Part shown: positions 27,603 through 35,836 of the stretch, piece by piece
Position numbering within the stretch: position 1 is the first letter of the stretch
Layout of the letters: each line of letters starts with the position of its first letter
Origin: a virus
Virus record (IMG/VR): IMGVR_UViG_3300013132_000025
Span: 65,641 to 129,640 of that record
Direction: 5' to 3' (one strand)
Length of the DNA: 64,000 nucleotides
Position numbers and translations under genes: made by a program
Notes under the pieces: model-generated
Seen by the model: only the letters and a program-made list of their open reading frames with translations
What the model was told of the DNA's origin: nothing
Database searches by the model: none

Positions 27603-27860
27603 TTAGAAAGACTCGGGGTACCAAGTCGAAAGAACCGAGATAATCTGGTTGAGAGAGAAAGAACCGAACTGATGGTCGGTAAATGCCTCAGTCTCAGTAA
27701 TGTCCTCAACCTTCCAATCCTGCTTACGCCCACGCTTACCCGTACCGTGGATACGAAAGCGCCCGTCCTTGGACTCATAGAGTCCCGGCTGGACACGATG
27801 AATAGCGCGAGTACGCGGGCGACCCCGGCCCTTCTTAGTCTCAACAGTTGCAGTAGTCAT
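27603..27860 (-). CDS. AT-hook-containing small protein
   Basis: KKGRGRPRT; AAAGGAG RBS; promoter TTGCAT-17-TAAGTT at 27899-27927. Confidence 0.6.
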   Translation of the reverse strand: MTTATVETKKGRGRPRTRAIHRVQPGLYESKDGRFRIHGTGKRGRKQDWKVEDITETEAFTDHQFGSFSLNQIISVLSTWYPESF

Positions 27861-27954
27861 ATGCATCTCCTTTAGGTCGTATTGACGTTGTACCAAGTAA
27901 CTTATCACAGGTACTATAGAGATGCAAGTGTATATGTAATATTATTGCGGGGGA

Positions 27955-28010
27955 GTATAAACGCTGACAGCATATAAATCCCGACATAATGGGGGCGTAT
28001 AAACGCTGAC
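27955..28010. repeat. Direct repeat GTATAAACGCTGAC x2 (42-bp period)
   Basis: Copies at 27955-27968 and 27997-28010. Confidence 0.8.
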
Positions 28011-28445
28011 CTACGAAAGTTCATCGTCAAGAGGCGGGGCGTCGGGGATAGAGCGGATAAACTCCTCAACCAACGCTTCTTCTTGCTCACCGACCTTTTC
28101 ATCCACGCGCTTTTTAAACTCACTTACCCGTGACTGATATTCCTCGGGGAAAAGCGACTGCATCTGCTCAATAGAAATAATAATAGTCGCCATGGCGCTG
28201 GCAAAGTCAGAAAGAGATGATACAACGGTGCGCCCATTTGGCGTTTCCACAATCTCTGCCAACTCATCTGGGGGAATCTTTGACATTCTTACGTCCACCT
28301 CTGAACCAAGGGCGCTAAGGAGGTTGTGAATACCCTCAATGACCACAATCGCCATATCTTCCATGGTCATTTCTTTGGCGATTTCCCAATTTGCATTGAC
28401 AATCATTCTTAGTTTGTCAGGCATATCATTGTTTTTATTATGCAT
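28011..28445 (-). CDS. Hypothetical protein
   Basis: 144 aa. Confidence 0.6.
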   Translation of the reverse strand: MHNKNNDMPDKLRMIVNANWEIAKEMTMEDMAIVVIEGIHNLLSALGSEVDVRMSKIPPDELAEIVETPNGRTVVSSLSDFASAMATIIISIEQMQSLFPEEYQSRVSEFKKRVDEKVGEQEEALVEEFIRSIPDAPPLDDELS

Positions 28446-28492
28446 AATTAACTAACTAACTTTCTAATAGAGAATTTATCTAACTAACTAAC

Positions 28493-28669
28493 TTAAATCA
28501 TACCCATTTTACGGAACGGAGATGGGCAACCTACAGGGCAAAACCCGTCCATTTCTATACGCTCACCGTGAGGGCAGATAAGAAAGAAGTCATATGGGTC
28601 AGAGCCTTCTATTTCCCAACCATCAGGCAAAATATCTTGCAAAATATCTATCAAACTATCTTCACTCAT
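28493..28669 (-). CDS. 58-aa Cys-rich protein (not in ORF track)
   Basis: ...LICPHGERIEMDGFCPVGCPSPFRKMGMI. Confidence 0.6.
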   Translation of the reverse strand: MSEDSLIDILQDILPDGWEIEGSDPYDFFLICPHGERIEMDGFCPVGCPSPFRKMGMI

Positions 28670-28940
28670 CTTCGCCTTCCTGCAAAGAAATTAACAAACT
28701 ATCTATCTGACTATTTACTGCTGCAAGATTATCCATCATTGCTTTCTTAATCTTATCAGAACGGGCTTCATGAAACAACTGCATAAGTTCGTCCCTTTCC
28801 AGAAATAGATCAATTAACTTATTTGATAGATATAACTTTTGTTCCGCTATTTCTTTCTCTTCAAGCGCCTCTGCCATCTTTTTCCATAGATGTTCTGCTT
28901 GATAAAAGCGCCACGGGTCTTTTTCTTCTTTTTCACTCAC
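28662..28940 (-). CDS. Hypothetical coiled-coil protein
   Basis: 92 aa in coupled operon. Confidence 0.6.
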   Translation of the reverse strand: MSEKEEKDPWRFYQAEHLWKKMAEALEEKEIAEQKLYLSNKLIDLFLERDELMQLFHEARSDKIKKAMMDNLAAVNSQIDSLLISLQEGEDE

Positions 28941-29199
28941 TTCTCAGGTTTTCGTTCTTTTCATTAGAAAGAGCCTTGTCTTGTGCAGAACGAGAGGCAA
29001 GGCGAAATAAATCCCCATCTGCCTCTGCGGAAGCCCAGATTGAGAGTCCACGCTTTTTGGTTTTTGCAATAACATGCAACTTATCTCCAGAGATGTGGCA
29101 TTTACCCGGAGTGTGAGTCTCTGCGTCTTGCCATACCTTCTTGGACTTCCATCCTTTAATTTCTTCAGATGGATTGCGTCCTTCTCCCAAGGGGTCCAC
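28933..29199 (-). CDS. Hypothetical protein (GTG start after thyX)
   Basis: 3' part of the track ORF 28933-29514; GGAAGGA RBS. Confidence 0.5.
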   Translation of the reverse strand: MDPLGEGRNPSEEIKGWKSKKVWQDAETHTPGKCHISGDKLHVIAKTKKRGLSIWASAEADGDLFRLASRSAQDKALSNEKNENLRSE

Positions 29200-29203
29200 T
29201 TGT

Positions 29204-30088
29204 TTATCCTTCCTGCGTGTTGAATACGTTTGGCGCGACTCTTTGAAGTTGTATACGGACAAGTTTTGCAACTTCTTGGAACATTGCATCTGCTTCTGGG
29301 GTGTCGCGTTTTTGTAGATATTCATACCAAGACCTAAGATTCCCTGTGATAACCATTTTTGTCTCTGTGCATTCTGGTAGGATTGCTCTCGCCGCCTCTC
29401 GGCTCTGCTTCTTAAGCGCAAAAGATTCCTCCCCAATACTATTGTAAAGATCACTAAGGTTATCAAAATACTTTTCTCCAACCTCTTCGCCATATTCCAA
29501 AAACTCCTTCTCAATATTTTTCTCTCTCCACAAAGCGGGAGGAATAACTAACTCAACCTTATCTGGAACAAAAAATCTTTGAGAAAGTTGCGAGTAGTTA
29601 AAATGACGGTGCCTGACTTGTTCATGGCTCCAATAACGAGGAACTCTATCAACATAAATTGAAACATGAGTATGTTCAAGAATTGAATAATGACCAACGT
29701 CCATAATATGTTCAAGATATTCAGAAGCGGTTTTTCTGCCTGACTTATCTCCAAAAGACTGATAACAGACTCTTCCAGCAAAAATCGGCACTTGCTCTTC
29801 CAAAGAAGCATCTTCTTCAATCTGATGATTAAAGATTTCTGATAATTCTCTGAAAGGCGATGGGTATTTAAATGAATCCCAAAGTGGGCGAGTTGATTGA
29901 ATTGCAACTACTCGGGGTTTTCCGAAGAAAACGCGGGAATATTTACCCTCAAACACAAGACGGGAAACGTCGCCCCAGACTCCTGTAAAAGTATCTTTTT
30001 CAACGTATTCTTTAATAGGTGTCCTTCTATCTGATCTAAATAGACTTAAAAAAGATTTCATAACTAAAAGGGCCTTCTCATTCCACAT
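29204..30088 (-). CDS. thyX: FAD-dependent thymidylate synthase
   Basis: AGRVCYQS, GHYSILEH, RYWSHEQVRHRHFNYSQLSQRF, REAARAILP, GNLRSW. Confidence 0.95.
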   Translation of the reverse strand: MWNEKALLVMKSFLSLFRSDRRTPIKEYVEKDTFTGVWGDVSRLVFEGKYSRVFFGKPRVVAIQSTRPLWDSFKYPSPFRELSEIFNHQIEEDASLEEQVPIFAGRVCYQSFGDKSGRKTASEYLEHIMDVGHYSILEHTHVSIYVDRVPRYWSHEQVRHRHFNYSQLSQRFFVPDKVELVIPPALWREKNIEKEFLEYGEEVGEKYFDNLSDLYNSIGEESFALKKQSREAARAILPECTETKMVITGNLRSWYEYLQKRDTPEADAMFQEVAKLVRIQLQRVAPNVFNTQEG

Positions 30089-30345
30089 TCAGAACATCTT
30101 GTTAGATAATGACGATGCGGGCCTGAACAATTTGGATCATCGCATCCCCATTCTTGTTTTGGCAGAGGAGCCTTACCAAAATTTCTTGGAGCAACATTAG
30201 AAGAGAACTTACCTTCAAGAATCTTACGCGAATGCATATCTGTTCCAAGATACTTAAGTGGGCCTGTGGTGGTACCCTCTGGGATACCATCTCTTACGGG
30301 GTCCATTACCTTAACTTTGATTGGCTTATCTTTTTTATCGCTCAT
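30064..30345 (-). CDS. Hypothetical protein with C-terminal Zn ribbon
   Basis: WGCDDPNC...RCSECG. Confidence 0.6.
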   Translation of the reverse strand: MSDKKDKPIKVKVMDPVRDGIPEGTTTGPLKYLGTDMHSRKILEGKFSSNVAPRNFGKAPLPKQEWGCDDPNCSGPHRHYLTRCSECGMRRPF

Positions 30346-30359
30346 CTAACTAACTCTCC

Positions 30360-30641
30360 TTATGGTGTAATCAGAGAACCGCCACCGGCTCCTGCGCCTG
30401 CTGCACCCTGCATCATACCAGCCAACTGTCCGAGAACAAATGCTAGATTCGCAATGCTATTAAATCTTCCTGCAAAGTTGATAGCCTCATCAACATTTAG
30501 AAAAAGTTCACTTTTGTTACCATTAATGTCGGTAACGAGCAACTTTACTCCAAGACCATAAAGGGGATGCTCACTAATTCCTACAGAGATTCCCTTGTTG
30601 TTTGAAGCCGTTGGCTCTTCTGTGTTTTGCTCTTCTGACAT
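30360..30641 (-). CDS. Hypothetical protein
   Basis: 93 aa in operon. Confidence 0.6.
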   Translation of the reverse strand: MSEEQNTEEPTASNNKGISVGISEHPLYGLGVKLLVTDINGNKSELFLNVDEAINFAGRFNSIANLAFVLGQLAGMMQGAAGAGAGGGSLITP

Positions 30642-30880
30642 TATTTATCTTTCTCCATTTTCCATGGTTTACTATCAAACAAACTTAATTGATTGACAAA
30701 GTTATCAATCTTTTGCATTTCTACTGGAGATACCTCGTTGCTTAGTTCAAGCGGCTCTCCATCTGAACGAACCGATATTCCCATATCGTCTATTACAACA
30801 GATATTCTATCAGTTGCATTGACCTTTGTTTCAAACGGCACTTCGTTATCCTTATTAATGCGGATTCTAATTGTCTTCAT
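30641..30880 (-). CDS. Hypothetical protein
   Basis: 79 aa, coupled. Confidence 0.6.
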   Translation of the reverse strand: MKTIRIRINKDNEVPFETKVNATDRISVVIDDMGISVRSDGEPLELSNEVSPVEMQKIDNFVNQLSLFDSKPWKMEKDK

Positions 30881-31247
30881 CAGCCTCTCTCCAAAATCTA
30901 AACACGGGGCTAATAAGCCCAGCGCGAATTGCCGCAGCGACGGCAGATGGGGGAATTCCCATGTTCATGTATTCTTCTATTTCCCGGGTTATAATCGCTT
31001 CTACTCTTTGCTCTACTTCAAAATTCCGGGTTAATTGCACATATATAACTTCCGAGTCGGGTTCTCTAAAATACTTCACACCCTGTTCAGCAAAAGATTG
31101 AGACAACTCAAAAAACCACTTTTGGTAAGGATCTTGGTTAATTCTTTCTTGTTGATTCTTGATGTGCAATTTGTTAAATTGAGCGCGAAACTCTTCCACC
31201 AGTTCGGGGTCGAAAAGATCATCGAACTCATCTTTATTCATTGTCAT
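30867..31247 (-). CDS. Hypothetical protein
   Basis: 126 aa. Confidence 0.6.
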   Translation of the reverse strand: MTMNKDEFDDLFDPELVEEFRAQFNKLHIKNQQERINQDPYQKWFFELSQSFAEQGVKYFREPDSEVIYVQLTRNFEVEQRVEAIITREIEEYMNMGIPPSAVAAAIRAGLISPVFRFWREADEDN

Positions 31248-31253
31248 GACATT

Positions 31254-31817
31254 TTATGAGGAAATAAACAACTGATTAACTACCTCAAGCACCCTTTCTT
31301 TAAATTGATCTAAAGAACTATTATTATCTATTATATATGAAAAAAACTCGTCAGGCAAACGTTCTTCTGAAATATGCAAATCATTATATTGTAGATCTGG
31401 CCTGTTTACACAGATAATATGACCACCAAGACTTTTTATTCTTTCGGCTTCGTTGTGAAATCTTACATCAGTAATAATCCACAATTCACCTTGGGGAATA
31501 GCAGAAGCCTCTTTAGGTAAAATCATATCTACCCAAAAGTCTTCTCCAAAAATATCTCTATGCGCTTCGGTGCCATACCTTTGAGCAAAACTCCTCCAAG
31601 TATAAGAATGCTCAAAACTCTGGCTTTCTATCTTGAAAACCCCACGCTCTTCTTTGAGTGTATTGATTTCTCTTATTGAAACACCAAAGAGAGCCGCTAG
31701 GCTCTCTTTGATTTTGTCAGCAAATGCCAACCTTTGAGCATGGGGATACATGGACTGTATAAACTTGTAAGCCGTATCTTTCCCCGCTCGCTTACTTCCA
31801 TGTAATCCGATAATCAT
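31254..31817 (-). CDS. Deoxynucleoside monophosphate kinase (T4 gp1-like)
   Basis: IIGLHGSKRAGKDT, AFADKIK, QRYGTE..RDIFGEDFWV, ITDVRFHNE. Confidence 0.9.
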   Translation of the reverse strand: MIIGLHGSKRAGKDTAYKFIQSMYPHAQRLAFADKIKESLAALFGVSIREINTLKEERGVFKIESQSFEHSYTWRSFAQRYGTEAHRDIFGEDFWVDMILPKEASAIPQGELWIITDVRFHNEAERIKSLGGHIICVNRPDLQYNDLHISEERLPDEFFSYIIDNNSSLDQFKERVLEVVNQLFISS

Positions 31818-31819
31818 AT

Positions 31820-32089
31820 TTAAGTAGACTGCTCTCCAGTCATATTCTCGTAAAAGTCGTCAATCTCTTGCTGAATTGAATCTTCTGCATGACGCCGAAG
31901 TTCATCTTCAATTTCAGCACGACGAGTTCTCACATACTCATCATAAGCCGCCTGCTCCTCTTCAGTATCTGGACGAGGCGCAAGAGGCTCTTCATGAGCA
32001 AATGAACGAGAAAAAACAACATTCTCATACTGATTTCTAGGATTTGTTACCTTAGAAGTGAGACCAACACTAACTTTAATAACTGTCAT
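31820..32089 (-). CDS. Hypothetical protein
   Basis: 89 aa. Confidence 0.6.
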   Translation of the reverse strand: MTVIKVSVGLTSKVTNPRNQYENVVFSRSFAHEEPLAPRPDTEEEQAAYDEYVRTRRAEIEDELRRHAEDSIQQEIDDFYENMTGEQST

Positions 32090-32091
32090 AA

Positions 32092-32316
32092 CTACCCCTT
32101 GTTTACAGCAATAGCAAGAGTATTAAGATTACTCTTCTTAACAGACTCCTCAACCTGAGAAACTACGCGCTTTACAATATCATCAGAAATTGGCGAACCC
32201 TGCATATCATAAACCGTAATACAGACCGAGCGTGGATAATGCTTGTAAGCCGTCCAATTGTTATTGTGCTTACGTCGCTTATTGTTGTTATTTTTGTTGT
32301 TGCCCTGACTAGACAA
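32092..32316 (-). CDS. Hypothetical protein
   Basis: 74 aa, AGGAG RBS. Confidence 0.6.
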   Translation of the reverse strand: MSSQGNNKNNNNKRRKHNNNWTAYKHYPRSVCITVYDMQGSPISDDIVKRVVSQVEESVKKSNLNTLAIAVNKG

Positions 32317-32324
32317 TTTAACTC

Positions 32325-33626
32325 CTATTGAATTGATCCGAGATTAATACGTTCAAAAGATGTGATACCGTGCTTGCGATTCATGGTAATAAGAGCCTGC
32401 TGCGCCTCATCTCCTGCGTGCATTGTATCAAATGCATACTCATCTGGTCCCTTGATAGAACCATTCACTACAAGATCACACCCGCGACCGGGCCACCAAA
32501 GTAACTGGTGGAAGTGACCCATTACAAGCATATCAACCGAGGGCATTCCAAGACTCTTTAAACCTTCCTGAAAAGCCGCTCTTTTCTTTGCAAGACCATA
32601 AAATGGGATTCCTGCAAAACTTGAAGACTTATATCCATCTCCGTGAGTCATGCCGACGCGGTGGCCTGCAATGTCGTGAATATAAATCAAATCCTTTGGA
32701 ACAATAACTTTGACACTTTTAATTGGCTCAACGATAGCCTTCACCATCATGCCCATCATGTATTCAAGGTTATCATATTTATTCTTGTGGCGTGGCTTGT
32801 GATGAATACGAGGATGATTACCGGGCATAATGACAACTTCAACCTCCGGGAAGACCTCAGACATTGAGCCGATCATATCTACCATAAGATGCGCCATACG
32901 AACAAACTGGTCTGAAACAGGAGTTTCATTGCTCTCAGCAAGTTCTTCATGAATGTTTCCACTAATCATATCGCCAAGGAAGGCGAGGACCAACTTATTA
33001 ACGGGATAATCATTACTCTTAATTTCATAAAAACGAGTGATCTTCTGAGCAAGAAACTCCATACGACGATCACAGATATCCATATTATATCTAATATCAA
33101 ACATATCTACAGTCTCGCCATAGTGTGCGTCTGAAATAAGAGCGAACATGGTGTGCGGATCATCTCCAATTGCAGGATTTGGACCCACACGGAAAACCGG
33201 CTCATACGGATTTGATTCAATTGCCTGAACAATACGATCTGAAATACGATCCTTATCATCAACAATCTTTTCATATTCCTTGATTAACTTAAGAGTATGA
33301 CGCTTATCTGCGTTTAGGCGAACAATCTCTTTATTGGCCGCAAGCAGTTCATCGTGCATACGATCCTCTTCGGTCTCTTCCTCTTCAAGACGACGCTTCG
33401 CTCGCTTAATGGGAGACTTATCTCCGTCAAAAGAAAAGATTTCATTATCCCAGCGATCAATCGCACGGCGCACAGAACGCTCTGAAGTAGCAAGATCGTA
33501 GCGATCTGAAAGAAAGCGGGAAATTGCCCCAGCAGTCATTCCATCTACATAACAATCAATAATTATGTCTTTATACTCGTCTAGCGGTGAGGCTGACGAT
33601 TTGCCATCTGGGGTATTAGTACCCAT
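32325..33626 (-). CDS. Calcineurin-like metallophosphoesterase with N-terminal HTH and coiled coil
   Basis: SDAHYGE, LGDMISG, PGNH, THGD, MGHFH. Confidence 0.85.
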   Translation of the reverse strand: MGTNTPDGKSSASPLDEYKDIIIDCYVDGMTAGAISRFLSDRYDLATSERSVRRAIDRWDNEIFSFDGDKSPIKRAKRRLEEEETEEDRMHDELLAANKEIVRLNADKRHTLKLIKEYEKIVDDKDRISDRIVQAIESNPYEPVFRVGPNPAIGDDPHTMFALISDAHYGETVDMFDIRYNMDICDRRMEFLAQKITRFYEIKSNDYPVNKLVLAFLGDMISGNIHEELAESNETPVSDQFVRMAHLMVDMIGSMSEVFPEVEVVIMPGNHPRIHHKPRHKNKYDNLEYMMGMMVKAIVEPIKSVKVIVPKDLIYIHDIAGHRVGMTHGDGYKSSSFAGIPFYGLAKKRAAFQEGLKSLGMPSVDMLVMGHFHQLLWWPGRGCDLVVNGSIKGPDEYAFDTMHAGDEAQQALITMNRKHGITSFERINLGSIQ

Positions 33627-33653
33627 TAAGTAACTCCTTGATTAGAGAATTAA

Positions 33654-35783
33654 CTATTCTTTTTCATCTTCACTAGAGATGTTATCATCTTCTTCCTCAT
33701 CAGGAAGTATATCATCTCTGATTAATGAAATCTTTTTAGCATTCTTTGGGCGATTTATTCTTTCCACAAGTCTTCCGTCCTCTTCATCAAGGACTTTACT
33801 CATGCTAGATCTTCCGCCCGGAGGTTGAATAGGAGTTCTTTCATTAGATACCTCTGGCATACCGCCCGGAGTGGGGCTTACTGGCTGTGCCGCTGGAGTA
33901 GTCCCGCCCGGTTCTGGTGGGATAAGAATACCACCGGGTACTTGCTCCGGTGCGCCCTCATCTCCCTCTGCTGGGGGCACCATTCCGCCACCCGGAACCA
34001 TACCATCGTCCATAGCAGGGAACTGACTTGGATCAAGACCCGCATTGGGGTCTAGGCCAGATGCCATTATCTCTTGCAGGAGGGCGGGAGGAATAGGTAA
34101 GTTTTGAGCCTTAAGTAGACGGTAAATCTTAACCTTTGCCTCTTGTTGTGCAACAGTCTTTTGGATTGCCTCTTCTTCAAATCTTTCAAGTTCTTCCTTG
34201 AATGTGTATGGAAGTCCAACCATAAAGGTCTGATCTGAAATTGGAACTCCCGAAGCCTTGAGTTGAGCGAGGAACTGACGCTGAGTAGCCTCATCACGAA
34301 GGTCAAGCACCTTCATGTTAATCTCTGGAATAAGTAACTTGTGGCGCTCAACGACCATGATGTTACCTTCTTCATCATATTCAATATGTTCTTCCATGAT
34401 CGGCACGCGAGTATCGCCACGCTGCTCGTAGTCATAGTGTTCATTTGCTTCTGCGACTACGCGGGCACGCTCCATAAAGTGTCTCTTAAGGAAGTTCTGG
34501 TAAGTACGCAGAATTTGATTAAGGAATTCAGCCTGCAACGCTGATGATGCATATGGTTGTGCATTGGAGCCAGCGGATAGAAGGCTTGGATTAACTCCAA
34601 ACAGTTGCATTAAGCGACGTTCAATTCTATCAAAGTCGTCCCCAAGGTTGGGCATTTGTTCGCGTCCAAATACGTTCTGAATATCTACACCAAAATGGTG
34701 AACGAGTACGCGGAAGTCAGACGCGAGAGCAATATCAATGTCGTCGCGGAATGCCTCACACTCGTCAGGACCGGGCATCCATGGTACACCGTCGCCAATG
34801 TCTTGCACACCCAACTTAGCAAGAATGAGTGGAGAGTACAAACGCTCTGCGATAGCATCTTGTGATGCAAGCAACTTCTCTTCGTGCATTAGGGTACGAA
34901 GACCTCTAAGCAGAAGTGGAGTCCCGTGAATGTCCCAGTCATTAATCTTGAACGCAACCTGCTTCATAAGAACATTAGACACAGGAATGTTTTCGTTCTT
35001 AATCAGGTACGGGATAAGTTCAGGCCAGTCTTGCTGAAGAGTATTGTAATCCGTAACCGGACTCTTCTTTGCAGCAAGTTCTTTAAGAAACTCTGGGGGC
35101 TTAATTTCAAACTGTTGAGTTCCGAGAAGTGGGTACTGCTTTAGTACCACATCTTCTGGGTTGATAAGTTCTTCTCTTTCCCAAATGCCCAGAGTTTCGT
35201 TAAATGAACCTAGTGGGAATGCCTGCCCAACAGTCCAGTATTCACGACCAAGGCGCACAAGAAACTCTTGGTAGTCCAACCTATCGAAGAATAAGTCCTC
35301 ATACCATTGGGTGAGTTTTGGATCTTTTGATGAAAGTTCCATTCCCACCAGAGGAAAACGAGTGAAAATATCAATCAAAATAGGGACGAGATAGTGCGTC
35401 ATGTAATACAAACGCAGCCATTGATACAACTTCTGACGGTGTGTATCATTCTGGATATTCCACGGAATGCCAGAAAGTTCCCAATATTCAACAGGGTCGT
35501 AGAAACGAGGGATAGCGGCAATATAGTCGCCACCACCGGCTGCTGTCTTATTAATAGAAGAGACTCTACGGTTTCTAGAGAATTCAGACGCGAGGGCACG
35601 GTTGGCTCTCATATCTTTAATTGTATTCTCTAGGCTATCAGGGCCATTAGGATCGCTAGTGGCTAGATTGTAAGATTCCCAAGCGGCAATTTTCTTACGA
35701 AGTTCGTGCTTGGGAAGCGTACCACCCATTTCCTGAATTGCTTTAACCTTCTGATCTGATGAAAGATTAGGAAATTCTGGCAT
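33654..35783 (-). CDS. Portal protein (Bxz1-like)
   Basis: LYYMTHYLVPILIDIFTRFPL, LGREYWTVG, AQDAIAERLYSPLILAKLG-like motif, ASSALQAEF; near TerL; Pro/Gly-rich tail. Confidence 0.8.
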   Translation of the reverse strand: MPEFPNLSSDQKVKAIQEMGGTLPKHELRKKIAAWESYNLATSDPNGPDSLENTIKDMRANRALASEFSRNRRVSSINKTAAGGGDYIAAIPRFYDPVEYWELSGIPWNIQNDTHRQKLYQWLRLYYMTHYLVPILIDIFTRFPLVGMELSSKDPKLTQWYEDLFFDRLDYQEFLVRLGREYWTVGQAFPLGSFNETLGIWEREELINPEDVVLKQYPLLGTQQFEIKPPEFLKELAAKKSPVTDYNTLQQDWPELIPYLIKNENIPVSNVLMKQVAFKINDWDIHGTPLLLRGLRTLMHEEKLLASQDAIAERLYSPLILAKLGVQDIGDGVPWMPGPDECEAFRDDIDIALASDFRVLVHHFGVDIQNVFGREQMPNLGDDFDRIERRLMQLFGVNPSLLSAGSNAQPYASSALQAEFLNQILRTYQNFLKRHFMERARVVAEANEHYDYEQRGDTRVPIMEEHIEYDEEGNIMVVERHKLLIPEINMKVLDLRDEATQRQFLAQLKASGVPISDQTFMVGLPYTFKEELERFEEEAIQKTVAQQEAKVKIYRLLKAQNLPIPPALLQEIMASGLDPNAGLDPSQFPAMDDGMVPGGGMVPPAEGDEGAPEQVPGGILIPPEPGGTTPAAQPVSPTPGGMPEVSNERTPIQPPGGRSSMSKVLDEEDGRLVERINRPKNAKKISLIRDDILPDEEEDDNISSEDEKE

Positions 35784-35836
35784 TTATATTATATCCAAAC
35801 TGTTATTAGTATAACATATCACATGATATGAAGTAT

